From assembly GCA_030141605.1 (NCBI GenBank), contig JAQGDQ010001385.1:1-43388 (forward strand): a stretch of 43,388 nt of DNA. Direction: 5' to 3'. The notes under the pieces were generated by a model. That model was not told where the DNA came from. It made no database searches and was given only the letters and a program-made list of their open reading frames with translations. Made by a program: the position numbers and the translations under genes. Positions within the stretch are counted from its first letter, which is position 1. Each line of letters begins with the position of its first letter. The stretch is from Tubiluchus corallicola. Taxonomy: Eukaryota; Animalia; Priapulida. Shown piece by piece: positions 12,242-27,100 of the stretch.

Positions 12242-13815
12242 GGTATACAAAGCACATAATTATTATCAAAATTTAATTTCCTAACAGCAAAGGATCATTT
12301 AGGCCTACATTTCCATAAAAAGGTTGTTAAAAAATATTATCATTATCATATTGTCATTATCAAAAAATTTATCTTTGACCTTATTAAAATGCTTAGTATC
12401 ATTTTTATTCAATGAACTATGAAATTCATTTCACACATCATAATAGCATCATATCAAAAATTATAATAATCTAAGCAGTGTGAAGGGAAGGCACGCCCAT
12501 GTGGTTATTCACAAACTCCTCTTACTAGAAGTAATTGTGCAATCTGCATCTGTTAGAATAGACACTAGGCCTAATAATATGTAATTAAGTGATAAGGGCG
12601 CAATAATAGCAATTGAAGAGTGAAAGGAGGGAAAACGTAATAAATACAATTCTGGTTGAGCTATAAATAATTAGCTAAATAACTGAAATTTAGTTATTTG
12701 ATTATTCTGTCGGTACAACAACACCGTGGTGTTGTTCGCACAAAATGCGCCGTGACATAAAATGATCGTTAGAAGCAAAGTGTTTGAAGATCTTCCATGT
12801 TGTAAACAGTGTTTTTGCGTCAATTTTTTGAGAAGCGTTTGTGATTCTGTTCTGATGTAATTTCTGCTTTTTTCTTTCTTAAGAGCGAATTTCTCGTAAG
12901 TTGTATTAGAATTATGCCAGTTCAATGCCTGTGATAGATTTAACCGACAATTTATTGCAGTTTTTGTATTTTCCCCTATAGTTCATTAGCCTCGATGGCT
13001 CAAATATGGTCTTACCGAATTGACGATGTTTTAGCCCCTTTGAGAAGTGTGTATACATAAATTAGAACGTTTAGTTTAGATTTCGCAAAGCTGTGAATGT
13101 GGGTAAACCTACAATGGGCTCTTACCAATCGTGTAACATGTATTTTGACAATTTATTCCAATTGTGATCATTGTTATTGGACAATGGTTATTCACAATCG
13201 ATACTAATGCCATATCTTTATCATATCCATTTCTTTAGCTTTATCATATCCATATCTTTTGCCCTTATTATAGGCTTTACAAAGCATTACTTATTTTTTT
13301 TTCTATTAGCCATGTTGTTTTATTCAGAATTACATTTCGTGCAACTAAAATTGTAATAAAATTTTTAGAGAAACTTAACTTTTACATGGTGATGCTTATG
13401 TCACCTAACCTAAGATCCTACTATCAAGACCATATATTATAGGCTGACAAGACATAATAGTACTGAAAATTGACTTGTCAGTTATCTACATGTAATCAAA
13501 ATTTGTGCCAAAGTATTAAGGTCATTTCTTAATACGAATTCGAGTTCCAGTAACAATATAAATTTGTATTATTCAAGTAAAGCATTCCATTTGCTATATG
13601 GTATTGCTAAACAAAATGTTGTTACACTGTTACCTAATTCAATTCACTTTTTTCTTCAGTGTTAAATTATAGTGTTTGCTAAATCACGTATCATACTTAT
13701 AATGTGTGATAAGGCATGTATAAAGTGTAGTATTTCTTTTGTTTAGGGTAGATTTCAAATATGAGTAAGTGACAGCAGTTTGTCAAATGGTATAAGGTAA
13801 ACCAACAACAACAAA

Positions 13816-15169
13816 ATGTGGCCAACGTTACTGGACATGTCTCGCGAGGATTGCAAACGAGTACTTCGCAGGCTTGAACTAGATGCCTACGCTTCTGTTA
13901 TTTCAGCACTCAGAGCTCAAGGTTATTTAACCAAAGATTTGAAGAACTTATTAGAACAGCTGCGGAATGTGTTGTCCATATCTTCAGAGAGACATCGTGC
14001 AGAAGTACGAAGGGCAGTAAACGACGAATGTTTTACCACGATTGCCGATACTTTGGCCGGTCCCAACAGTGCTTCAGAATGGTTGTTAGAAGGGCGCCGT
14101 ATCATTCCCACAATGCCCCAGTCTATGCCACAAACAGCATATTTAAGCATTGCAAATAGCGTAGCTAATGCTGCAGCAGCTAATAATGCACGCCTACCTG
14201 AGCCCGAGTGCACAGCAAAACTAGAGCCAGGCATTATTTCGGAAGCTACACCTGTACCTGAATCAGCAGCTCTCGAACCTCCTTGCACTTCTGCTCAGCA
14301 AACTCCTGCTTCCAAGTCAAACTTGGTTGTGCTGCCAAGTGGAATGTCTGTACGTGTGCCAACTGCCGAGGAAGATATCACACATGCGGACGAGAAGAAA
14401 CGTAAAAGAGCACCTGTTTCTACAGACAGTATTGTGTCTATGAGCAAAGTGGCGGCTGCATCGGTTCTGACAAAAACTATGGCTGGTCAGAACCTTCCTC
14501 CTGCCACAACCATTTGGCAATTTGGCACAAATTTGCCAAATTCTACTTGTACGTATTCATCCATTAAATCATCTACTGGTACGATCTCAGCTCATCCTAC
14601 TACTGTAGCTAGAACTGCTAGCGCTCACCCGCAGAAAATAGTTATGGTTTCAAGTTCAAATACAGCAGAGACTGCCACCTATAGCACATATGGCAGCCAC
14701 ATCAGCACAGGTTCCATTCGTACCACAACGATGTCTACTGTAAACCTACCTAAACAGTATCCTGGCTCGCAAACGGTTTACACTCCATCCACGACATCGC
14801 GTTTCACAAGCCAGAATGTCGTGATACCTACAACATCTGCAGCTGGCACAGTGTCAGTGAGACCTCGGATGAAGACCGTGGCAATATGTCATCCATCACC
14901 AGTGCCTGGAGCGATTAGGCAAACTAATGTAGCTTCCCTTTCCTCTACCAGCACTGTTCCCCGCACGGTTCAATTGAAGGCTGCAAACTTGACAAAGGCG
15001 GGTATAAAGGTTAAAGGTGACAGCGGTGTAAAGATAATTACTCAAAGTACACAGTTATCTAGCAGAGTTATTCCAAAACAGTACACATATTCTTCTAATT
15101 CAGAGACAGCATACAATGTGGAAACTGCTGCTAGTACTGTAGCAGTTGTTAGAACTCCATCAACTTCTG
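13816..15169 (+). CDS. EMSY: EMSY-like coding exon 1 (ENT domain, KKRKR NLS-like motif, S/T-rich region)
   Basis: Acceptor TTTTGTTTAG ending at 13746 before a short 5' UTR. ENT motif present. Donor G|GTATGC at 15169/15170. Confidence 0.93.
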
Positions 15170-18100
15170 GTATGCGTATGTTTCATGTTTTTTATGCAAA
15201 TTCCTAACATGCAGTTTGTGCTTATGCTGTCATATTTTTAGCATCATGACTATGCTAGCTTGCACATGTAAAAAACTGAGCCCATTTTTCATTTTTAGTG
15301 AATAACTTTTTTGGTGTTGTAAAACAAAAAACAACATTTAAAATTTCTTGCAAGGTTAGTCAACTTTGTAGTTAATGTGTTTGTCTATCAAATCCTAAAC
15401 GTATATTGGGGTCTGCTTTGCATTTTAAAGCCAACGCTAAATGCGTTAAGCAGTGAAGCAAAGTTTTCATAAAGTTTTTGGAGGTATATGCAGTGAATTA
15501 GATTTAGTTTCTACAACAAGGCTGCTGTACTACTGCTTTAACAATGAAATTGGCCTTATTGTCACCATTGTTCTAGTTGCAATAATGGAATTCATATCAT
15601 ATATGTATGATTATCGCAACACATAATAAATTTTATCTTTTTCACCTATGTTTTTATTTTATAAAGACTGAAATGTGTCAGTTTAACATTTACTACATTC
15701 TGTATATAGTTGTGGCTCAGTCTGGCACCCGGGTCATCAATGTTGTGTCCAGTCAAGTCCCCAAGATATCCACCTTCACATCAAGTGGTAACCTGCTTGC
15801 CGTCGCACCTAAGACGCTTCAAACAACTGGAGGCACTGTGAAAGTGTATTCACCATCATCTGGTACGTAGTCTGTATGAAACATGAGAAAATAATGAAAA
15901 GGTGCTCAGATTTTTACTCTATAATGTAATTTAATCTAAAATTTATTTATATAGCGTACTGCATCATTAAAAATCTCAGCATGCTGATATACAATGCAGC
16001 ACAACAAAATACATTTAATATTCATTAGATACATAAGATTCAAAAGACAATAAAAATTAAAAAACAATTCCTCATTAACAGTACAATCTAAACAAGTGTA
16101 CTTGTTGTTTGAAAGAATGTATAGCAATAGATAAGTTATTACAGAAATGCAGAGCACAAACAGAAAAGGCTCGCCACCATAAAATACTGTATTTGAAATT
16201 ACCTGATATAAATTAATTTGTTCATTGGCATCAGTACGAAGTTTTTGGTTTATGTTAGGGCAAATCAAGAGATCGGTAAGATATGCAGGTGCCAAACTGA
16301 ATATTTTGTACATAATTAGTACAATAACAAGTTTATACAACGGTAAAGGATCTGTTATGGGAGCTTTAGTATGATAGAGTATTAGATTGTAGTCATTTTA
16401 CAAAGCGTGATTGCAGTGGAAAGAAAAGGTATGAAAGCTGAAACGCTAATCCTGGTCAGGTTCCTCTTGATGACTTTGACTGTGGCTTGTTGTGAATGAT
16501 ATGAGTTGCCTCAGCATATTTCTGGTTCTTTTGATTGCAAGAAAGTGTCACTTCTACCTTGATAATTTTTGTAACCACTTATTGCTCTATTATTGAAGGT
16601 TTTCTATCGGTGTTCGCAATGATTATATTTTTTCGCGTAGGTATGCATTATAAGCGAAAATATTTGCAGTTTTTGTTGATCATTTCAAACGTTCCAGTCA
16701 CTTTGGTATGACCTAATGAATATCAAAGTGAATTTAGTTAGTGTAAATTTGCGTGTGTGAAATTGGTGTACGAATGTTGCCTTAGAAAAACAAGTTTTTT
16801 CCATAATATAAAAATGCTCTTTGGTACACAAACATTTAAAATTAACAAAAAAACTATGAACAATATTTTTTAAAAACTCAAATATGTAAAATGCTTGAAA
16901 GACTAACTTTACTATGTGGATGCCTTGTTCCTACCTCAGTAGTTTTCACTGACTGAATTGAATATGAAGAATCTTTTTCATTTTAATTTAGATGCTTCCA
17001 TTTTTGATGTACCAATTGAGGAGGCTTATAACAATTGTGTTTGTTTGACTGTCATTTGTACTAATTGATTTGTTGGCAAAATAATTGGATTTGTGCCAAG
17101 AATGATGTCATCATCGTTGTTGTGAGCACAGTTTTCATCTTAGAGATACAAATTCAAAAGTTGTGCATGATCTAGCCTGATGAAATTCTTGAATGTTAGC
17201 CAATCAGGATTGCTGATGCCAAAATACCTGTGCGAAGTAACGAAGTAATATTCTGGTCATTACCTTGGGAGAATGTTGTATTAGATTCTAGACAATAATG
17301 TGCCAAAGTGATATTCCTGTCACTGATAATAATGGTGGGCAGCATTTTGTTTTGAAGCTGCATTGTTTGATAAACTTCGTTCATTTTAGACACCAGAAAA
17401 AGATGTCGCCTCTCGGCATTGTTTAGCTGGATGTCTTATCCTTAAGAACGTATTTATCTCTGAGTTGCTTGCGATGCCTTATCGATTTTCATCGAAATCT
17501 GTTTTTGGTTTTGCAGTTTTTTTTTTATGTGTCGCTGTAATCATCTTTACTTTATTCACTTCTCTCACCTTTTTGTCAAATAAAATCCATAATATCATCT
17601 TGATAATATCACTTTGAAATAAAACTGACTTCAAGGTTATAATTTGATATCCAAACGATACAAACATTTTATTCAAATCACTAAGCGTAGGTTGTACAGT
17701 GGCAGAAATTAGGAGGTGCAGCAGTTAGTCAATTTTTATTTTGTTTTAACAAAAATTAAATACACTGCTCACAAAAACTATTAAACCAACGGGCAGTATA
17801 GTCAGTATTGCTACAACAGTATAGGTAATAAGTTAAGTAAGTTTACATTCATTTATACAAAGTGCTTACTTCACTAAACTATTATTCCGGAAAACTAGAA
17901 TCTTTGTTAAACTGGAAAAGCTTTTCAAGAAATGTAGTGCCTACTAATTGCAGCAATGATATAATCCAATTACCTCGGGCTATAAAATATTGCAGGAAAT
18001 TCCAGTAAAAAGTAGTTCAAAGAAAAAAAATTTAACATTTTTATAGTATGTTATTGTGTTAACTGAGTATGTTAAAGTTTCATAAGTATGTGCATTAGTA

Positions 18101-21100
18101 ATGGAAAAATGTATGGAGGTCACATTTATAATTACTTTTAAAAGTACCAGCAACATTAATTACAAGTTACATTTCCATTTGCACAACTCTTAAGAAATTG
18201 TACTCAAGCAAATACATATATTTATTTAATTCATTTATGTATTTATCTGTGTCATTTGTTTAGAATTTTTTAACGCGTTACATGTAATCTAAATCATTTC
18301 GATATCAGACATATTAAAACCTTAGTAAATTGGTAACTTAGACAGCACAGGTAATTGGATAAGAAGCATAAAAGACACAGTATAAAGAAAGTGATTTCTG
18401 AGCACTCCTAACAATAGAGTAACATACACAATATAATGAAATAAATTCTTACATAACTAAAGTATTTATGAGAAAACAGTTTTAAATTGCTGAATGTTTG
18501 GTATCAGGACTGGATTATGGCTTTCTGAGGGCCCTTGGCTAAGAATATTCTGGGCACCCCTTAGAGGCTTAGACGGAGCCACCCTCTATCTTGCCGCCAC
18601 CATCTTGAATAATTTTTTACTCGTGATATATTTTAGCGACATTTACATAGCTTGAGGTAAACTTATTGCAAATTCTTTAAATAAATTAGATAGCTATCTT
18701 TCGTTTGTCAATAAATACTTTAAGAACTACCACTATTTTGCTATTTATTGTAAACCATATTAGTACATATTTCAACACAACCTTAGTGAAAAAACAGATT
18801 TTTTACCAAATGTTACCAAAACCTGAGGGGCCCTAGGCTACAACCTATACTAGCCTATAGGATAATCCAGTCCTTCATACAATAACTAGAAAGAGTTGGT
18901 ATAATTAATTTGATAGCAATGATTTTAAGAACTTTAGTTGTAAAATTTCAGCAGTCTGGTGTTGTTTCAAGGTTTCCCAGATTCTGAATAATATATTGAT
19001 GTTGATGAGACAATGGCTCGCTTACTCAAATTATATCATCAGAATTTTGTTGCTGGGTGCTTTATTTCGGTTGTCATTAAGAAATGATTTAGTTCTTTGA
19101 AATTTTCAGAACTGATAAAACCATTTCACACTTCTAGTGTAATCTATTTAACATCATACCAGATTTTTTTTTGTCTGATGTCAGAGATGCATGTTTATTA
19201 AAATTAATACATATTGTCAGATGCTACTGTTTCCTGCCACTATTAATTAGTTTTCTTAACGAAGCCTTTCTGCTGCACGCTTGTTGTTTTCTGAACTTTC
19301 ACAAAATATGCATCGTAGAAAAACTTGGCAAAGAGAATCATATAGCTTGCGTACATCAGGCATCCACAAATAGCACTGATGTCATTGCCAGCGCAATTCA
19401 GCTCCAAGAATACGGTGAGGTACAGTTTCCAGGCACACACTGCAAAACCTGCCAAATCAATGTAATAGATACTATTAAGTTTTTTTTGGATAGATACTAA
19501 TAAGTTTTTTTGGAAAGTATCATGAGGATGCAGTTGCTTGATTAAAAGTACTTAATTTTACTAATTACCTTTTTAACACTTGAAAACTTCTGTAACACAT
19601 TTTGAAAAAAGCAAAGTTTCCGATGATTAAAATTTCAATGCATAAAACATCAGTAATAATGTAATGTGTAAAAATCTATGAATACATTTGTGTATTTAGT
19701 AAAAAATTTAAGTTCTTTTACTGACCATGTACGTATGAGCAAAATAATATTCTGAGTATAAATTGTAAAAGTATTTTATAATTTAAAACACTGAATTTTG
19801 ATAGTCTTAGACAAAAATATGTATAATTGAAAACAAAAATCTGCTGTTAATAAGCACTTAGCAATCATCGTTTAATGCTTGTTGTCATTCACGATGTGAG
19901 CATATCATTACATACACTTCTACATTACTTTCAACTCACCGATAAACATTTGTGCTATTTGCAAGAGCGTAATGGCTATTTTGACAAATTTGGGCACGTG
20001 TAGTTGCATCACAGAAAGTGAAAAATACAGGTACATAAAACTGTGCACCACATAGTTCATTCCAGTGTACCACCTGCCTGCACCGTCGAATGTCGTATAA
20101 GAGTGCCAAGTAAACACGAGTACTGTAATGTGGTGGTACCAATGCAGGAAGATTAATTTCTGTTTCCGAAGGACGATGAAGATCGTATCGATGAGTTCAG
20201 GCACCTTGGAAGCTGTGAAAAACGTGATGTAGATGCCTGGAAGTCCGTAGCTGAAGCTGGCAATGCATACTGAATAGCTGAAGCCAAAATTGCGTAGTGT
20301 GTACAAGAGTTCGGGAAAACAGCGACATGCTCCAATTGTGCTAAATGCAAACAAACCTAAATTCCAGATGAAAAGCGGTCGTCGCAGTTCGAACCTCTTT
20401 TTAGCTTTCATGTACTTTTGTATGCCGAAAATGAGAACTATGTAAATGGCTGAGAAGTAAAAGGACCAGTGCCAGTGATCCGCGTACCACTGCCTTGTTG
20501 AGTTTTTAACTACGATATGCAGCACGTTGTCATCTTCTCGTTCGAATGGAAACAGGTATTGAAATGTGAAATTATAGTGCAGTGCTTTTGGACCAGAAAC
20601 ATTAACGAAGTCTTCATACGTCAAGTCATCGAGTTCCTTTGTTTCAGCCAGTTTGCTCAATTCGAATGACTTCATATTTGTAGGGAGTGTGAATTACGAC
20701 GACTTACTTCGCGTGTTTGCGGATGGTGGTCACAGTGTGCAATGAGGAGTGAGCATGGTGGTTTTTGCTTTAAATTGATAAAGTCACTGCATGGATAGAA
20801 AGTCAAAAGCCTATTTTGATAAGGACTCTACAAGGTTACATTGTATTATTCATTTACGTCTTACTAATCAAACTACACTGTCGTGCTTTTCATTATCTCA
20901 TAAAAAATTTTGTGTATTTAATTGATCGTGTACTTTACTTTTTTTTCAATGATACACATACTATAATTTATCAGCCATGGCATATAGTATGTTAGTTTTC
21001 TATAGAAAAATAAATATACTTTCAGTAAATACGTGTTGTCTACATCACTATTTGCTTTTTATTTTTTATGATGTTTGCGCTTAACAGGCATGCTTCGTCT

Positions 21101-24100
21101 AAGTTTGTTCTAACAACAAGTGGCTAAATTCCCACATAGTCAGCTACCATCAGTTTTGGAGTACAAAACAAGTCCAAAGTTTTTTCAATATGACATTTTG
21201 CATAATTTCATTTTACCGTATCCCATGTTCTTTACATTAACACATTAGAATCGTCAGATTTTTAGAACAGATGTAGAAAATTGTTATTGTACATCCTGAC
21301 AAATGACTTATAGCCTACATTTAGAATTTGTTTAAAAGTTAAATAATGCATGTCTTAACTGATGCTTGGGTGTGTGAGCAGATTTCTAAACTGTTGTGTA
21401 TAATAGGGATACAGCAAAAGTGGTATAAATGTTTTCCATATTTTAAGTGATTTTATTCAGGGTTGTAGGCTACTTAATTCTACTCTAAGTTTGAAATTTG
21501 TTAAGAGAAAACAGGACCCATTTTGAAGCAAAAAGTAATCTAACATATAAAATATTGAAAGAGAAAATATCATTTTTTTTAAGAATGACTTATGTGAAAG
21601 AATATTACTGTGAAAGCTTAATTTTGTATTCGCGTAGTTTGCTTTTCACTGTTGCACTCATTTTGCCATTCCTAATTTGAGGGCACTGGAGCAATGTCAC
21701 TGTCTTGGAAACATGATGCACAAAAAATGCAGTGCCTGATCATAAGAATACATTTGTGACGTGGCACCTACCTTGAAATCATTACTAAACAACTGTCAAA
21801 AACATATATTATTTTGTATAGTTAAGTGATTCTTCAGATAAATGATTATGTGCAGGTTCAATAGGTTCAGTACTTACACAATTCGTTACCTTTTCCAGGA
21901 GCATTTGGGAAGTCTAGCACTGGGCAAAAGCCGAGTGTCATTGTAGTGCAGAAATCCTCCAGATCTGGACAGCATGCGCAAAGATCCACCGGTTCTGGCA
22001 TACAAGAGCGATCCGGTGCCAGCTACGCGATCGATTCTGGACAAGGAAAACAAACCGTTGTGCGCGTCTTGCACACCAATGGTCGAGAGCTTGTCCAGGC
22101 ACATCCGCCCTTCACTCTTCCTCAACAACCCAACCTAGATCAGGACAGCAACATACTAGCTGAACTGATCAGAGCTGCTGGCATTGTTGATCCGTCACCA
22201 GCAGAATCAGACCTGCAACAGCAGACTAGTGATGTGGTCCAGCAGCCAGAGGACAACATGGATTTCAATGAAAGAGAACTTGTTCGTGCTGCACAGACTG
22301 CAAGTCAGACTCCAGCTCCTGGTCCAAATCAATGGGTCCAGTATGACGTGTTGGGGAACAACGAACCTCGCATCATGGATTTGCCAGATGCAGGGGAACC
22401 GATGTTGGATGTGAAGACCTTGTTGGAAATGAATAAAGATCAATCAATTACTGCTGTTAGCAGAGCTCCGTTAGACGTTAATCAGTATATCACGATGGAA
22501 CAAGCAAATACTTTACTGTCACAAGGTTTAGAGATTATCCCTGAAGTGGTTACGGAGCAACCCTCTCAGGACGCCATTTCGACGTCTGTTGAATCAGTCA
22601 TAGCCGCTGAAGCACCAAGGACGCAACATTTTGCCCATGCTGATCAAATAGTAATCAGACAGGGAGGGATGGAAACGGTCGGCGAACTGGATCCAGTCAC
22701 TGGCATGTTTCATCAAAACAAAAACCAAACATCCGGTAGTGGCAGTAGTGGAAATCGACAGTATGTTATACATCACACCAGCAAGTTTAATGAGGGACTA
22801 CTAACAGCCCCTACAACTACTGTAGTGACTAAACCAACTACAACTGATCATGTTGGAGACATTCCTATGGAGCAACACCAAATTACCACTGAGCAAGTAC
22901 TGCCTCATCCGACAAACCTTCAACCAGCAGTTTCCATTGAATCAGTGCCTGTGTCGTCCTCGCCTCTTTCAAAACCAGTCAACCACCGTAGCACACCTAA
23001 AACTCAACAAATTGCTGCTTTGCTGCCATCTTTGCATAGCCAGATAGTTGCCAGCTCAGCTAAAGATGCTGAAAAGTCAAAGCAGAGTACTTTGCAGCCT
23101 AACATTGTCGAGCCTGATCATGTAAGTACAAAAGCAGCAGCAACTTTGCCATCTGAAGTTTCCACCATGTCAACAAATGAGGATAATGTAATGAAGGAAG
23201 ATCCCAAACAGGAAGGAGCAGATTCTGCCCAATTCTCAATTACTAAGGTATGTTTGTATTTATCGTATAGAGATTTTTTATGATTTCTTGCACACATGAT
23301 TTTTATAGGCAATGTGCAAGATCGTTTATTTACCCTGTAGAGGGAGAATGTATTCACACATGAGTTTAGCTAAGACATCTCAGCTGGTTCAGTGGCTCGT
23401 CTTAGTGACATAATCTTGATAAAATGTAAGTCAGGTTTTGATCTCACCACGACCAATAGAACTTAACTCTGAATGTGTCTGAGTTCCGAAATGTTAAAAA
23501 AACACTTGCCTACAGTTTTGTCCTGATGTTTTTTTGTCCTTTTGTTGATAAATATTTACTAAAGCCTATTTGTTTAGTGAGTTACATTGATAGATAGATA
23601 GACAAAATTTATTTTCGTCTCATCTATAAAATATTCAAGTACATTTATATCTCTGTTTGCCGGACAAAAGCGGGGAGACGTCAGTCCTAATTTGCCAATT
23701 GTCCGTATTTTCTGATAGTAAACTAATGCAGTAGGCAAAGTGTATTAGACTCACTGTATTGTAGAACCAATCATCTAATTGTCTGAAAACATCTAGTACA
23801 GGCCGCTCCTGTGCAAAAGTATATAAAAACCGTCAGCAATTGACTCAAATAGCTGAGCATAATTGATTCTATATTTTTATACATAGAGATATACACATGT
23901 ACACAGTAGTAACACCAATGTACTTGATGTAAACAAAGTGATGGCCCGCCAACTAGAGGTCAGCTTGCGAAATAACGGACTGTGTCCATATTATACAGGA
24001 CTTTTAAGAGACCAGTTTTTGTCCAATTCTTCTGATATAAGTAAGAGCGAAGTCCGGCAAACCGAGATATGAGCGCACAGATAACACAACTGCAGCAAAT

Positions 24101-27100
24101 AGGAGCTCAGCTTACATCTCAGCTTGGTCTCTTATGGATCAGGAGGCCATAAGAGACCAAAATTTCACTTAAAATAAAACAAGAAAAGAAAAAAAGAAAA
24201 AAGATGACGTAGTGCGATTGCAGACATACCAAGACCAGGAAGTAACTTGGTGCGTCATAAAAATCACAAAATTTGTGAACAATTAACTGATAAAACTATT
24301 AAAATAATTGGTGTTTCACCTTATTTTATCTATACAATTGTTTTCTTTGCTTTTCCAAGATCTCAAAGCAGACTTTAACAGTAATTTTACATATGTCACG
24401 ATTTCCCATTAAATAAAGAAACTTATTTAAGTCATTCCAGTTAATAAAGTTAGCTTCGTATTGAACTATAAAGTCTATCAAATTAAAACGTTCATTGTCA
24501 AAAGCATTACAATGTAACAAGAAGTGCTTCTCATCCTCGATAGCACCACAATTACATAACTTACATAATCGTTCATTAACCGGATACTATCGTAACGCCC
24601 TGTTTCAATTGTAAGTGGAGTACACCTATATTCATGCCACACCTTAGTGATAGTGGCAAGTGAAGTTAAAAATTAATAGTGTTGGGTTGAAAATACTACA
24701 TACTGGTAAATATAGAAAAGAGTGCTTTTAAATCTGTTTATTACATTTCACTTCTGTTCGTTACGCAATCTTGGAGACGAAGTTTGTGTACATGGTAACA
24801 GCAGTTTTGTTTTTTAGTCGTCAGTGTCTGTGACTGTTGTGCCAATGGCAGCTGAACTAGATACACATCGTATGCAGATGGAAGATTATACTAGCCAGTT
24901 GCTTGCAAACAAGGAAGACTACAGCAGTACCAAAGAGGAGAGTTCTATAACTGATGGTAATTGTGGTTTCCCGTAAACTGGGGCTTTTGTAAAGGGGAAG
25001 AAAATGGAAATTTAAAGTACAGTCAAACCTCGTCATGTCCCAAAAAAACTTTCCATGTAAAGTTACATTTCTCAGTGTTGCACTTACCTATTCGAAAGAC
25101 ATAGGTGAGTGGAGAAGAAAATTATTAAAATATTTGCATCAACCGGTAAAAATCATTGGCTCCCTATCCCGGTGTGCACCGAAAAATGACGTTGGCTTGC
25201 CCAAAAAAACATTAACCTTGTTGACAAGATAAAGTAATTTCACTATGAATGCTCTTATTATTTTTTTTTAACTTTATGCCATGTTATCTAAATTGGCTTC
25301 AGGTTCTTACTCGTGGCTGCGTGTAATGGTCAATTTAAATTTACGAGTTTTATAAAGTGTTCCTCCTAATATAAGCTCTGCATTGAATAACGCAGCATGT
25401 AGGTGATGCAAAATTTCAAGATTTTTTACTTTTATCTAAGAATTCGGCTTTCTTGTCTTTTAACTTTCAAGATTAATGAGTAGGCAATGAGTAAATCTTT
25501 TTGTGCCTCTGTTAAAATGTGTGCAACAAAGCACAGAGCTGTGTTTCATTCACAAAGAAGTGCAGCTATGTTGTTCTGTGTACACTTTTATCATGTTTTG
25601 CTGCCTAGTGTGTTAGTCATGGCTGTAAGCGGTGTGGGTAAAGCGCAAAAGCTGAACATGATCACTAGCACTACACGTATTTGATGGATGTATATAATGT
25701 TTGTTATAAGGTATAGGCTGCATTTGTGGACCATGCAGTTAACCTGTCTGATGATCTGTTTTTGTAAAGTATCGCGATATGTGAATATTCGACGCTTTGA
25801 CACCTAGAATTAAACTGCCTAGAATTTCTTTGTGGCAAAAAGTTATTATGGGGAAAGAAGCAGAACTTTATCTGATAGATCTAAAGAACATCAGAAGGCC
25901 TTATTGAATTGTGTCATTGTACAACATTTTTATAATGATCACAGCCCAATATTGCCGGATTTAAACTCTTCTTGTAAAAATTGTACCAGTAACCATGCTA
26001 AATCCTCATTAATGCCTCCTACCACTATTAAATTAATTAGAAAGTGCAAAGACACAGTTGTCAGAAACATTAGGGAAAGCCTTCAGACCTCCTCTTCAGA
26101 TGCTTCAAATTTTAATGTAACAGGGGATGGTCGTTGTAAGTTCATCTAGAAGAAAGTAAGTTGAATAGAATTTCTCATCATCAGTATCTGAATCTAGGTA
26201 GTGGTTATTGTAATTCTTGGCTATACTGAACAAATTTAAACAAAAATACATCAGATTTACTGCAACAAGTGTGGTTTATTTACACAGTATAATTCATGTA
26301 TGAATATACATAGATGATACTTTCTCATTATCATTATTATTTATATCATTATCGCATTCCTTAGGTGCATTTCTCTGAAAATGTTTTAATTGCAATTTAA
26401 TATTTTTCAATTTTTTTTTCAAAGTGGTTCTTAAAAATTACAAGTAGTTGGCAAAGCTTTACGTTTAAAATCATAAGGGTGTTATTTTTTGTAATGTAAT
26501 AACCTTGATTTTTCTATTTTTATGAGCTATAAACATCAAATTTGAATATCAGCAGTTGAAATAAGTGCTATTCAAATTTGTAATCTATTAGTAATCACCT
26601 AAACGCACTAAAGAAATACTGAATTAGAAATAACAAAGAATTTTGCACTTCTACTCAGACTTGAGGCTAAAACCTTGTACTTTTAGGGCAGTTATGTTAA
26701 GTTTGCTTAAAGAATAAAAATTACAGTGGCAATCTATTTGGCAGATATATGTGATGATAATGGTAACTAGTCTGTTCAGAAACATCGGGAAGCAATGTAT
26801 CTTACAATTTTACCCTTACGATTTTAGAAAGTCGACTCTCCCACCCTCACCTCTGCCCTGGACTGATTGTAAAAATATGTATGTATGTAAACAAATGCAT
26901 TTTTGGAATTAATGGCGCTTGATTGTTTTCGCTACCAGGTGAAGGAGACGCAGTCGCGCGAAAACGCAAAAGATCGTCTCCTGTCGATGAACCTGTACGT
27001 GGAGGTGCAATGTGGTCGGGATGGATGCGATCTGCCTCGGCATTATTGGATAAGGTAAATAATTTCTGCTAATCAAAGAAAGTTTGATAACATGATTTGA

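Noticed and set aside
13923-14520. Antisense ORFs over EMSY exon 1, and similar ones over 21886-23357 and the ELOVL exons
   Set aside because: Shadows of real coding exons, with no independent motifs.
16440-17700. Coding-like minus-strand sequence with short ORFs
   Set aside because: Many stops and no recognisable motif. Probably an old TE, but I cannot support a call.
23378-23470. Weak tRNA A/B-box-like sequence
   Set aside because: Too degenerate to call a SINE or tRNA.
26537-26580. 12-bp inverted repeat CAAATTTGAATA...TATTCAAATTTG
   Set aside because: AT-rich and short, with no TSD or other copies seen.
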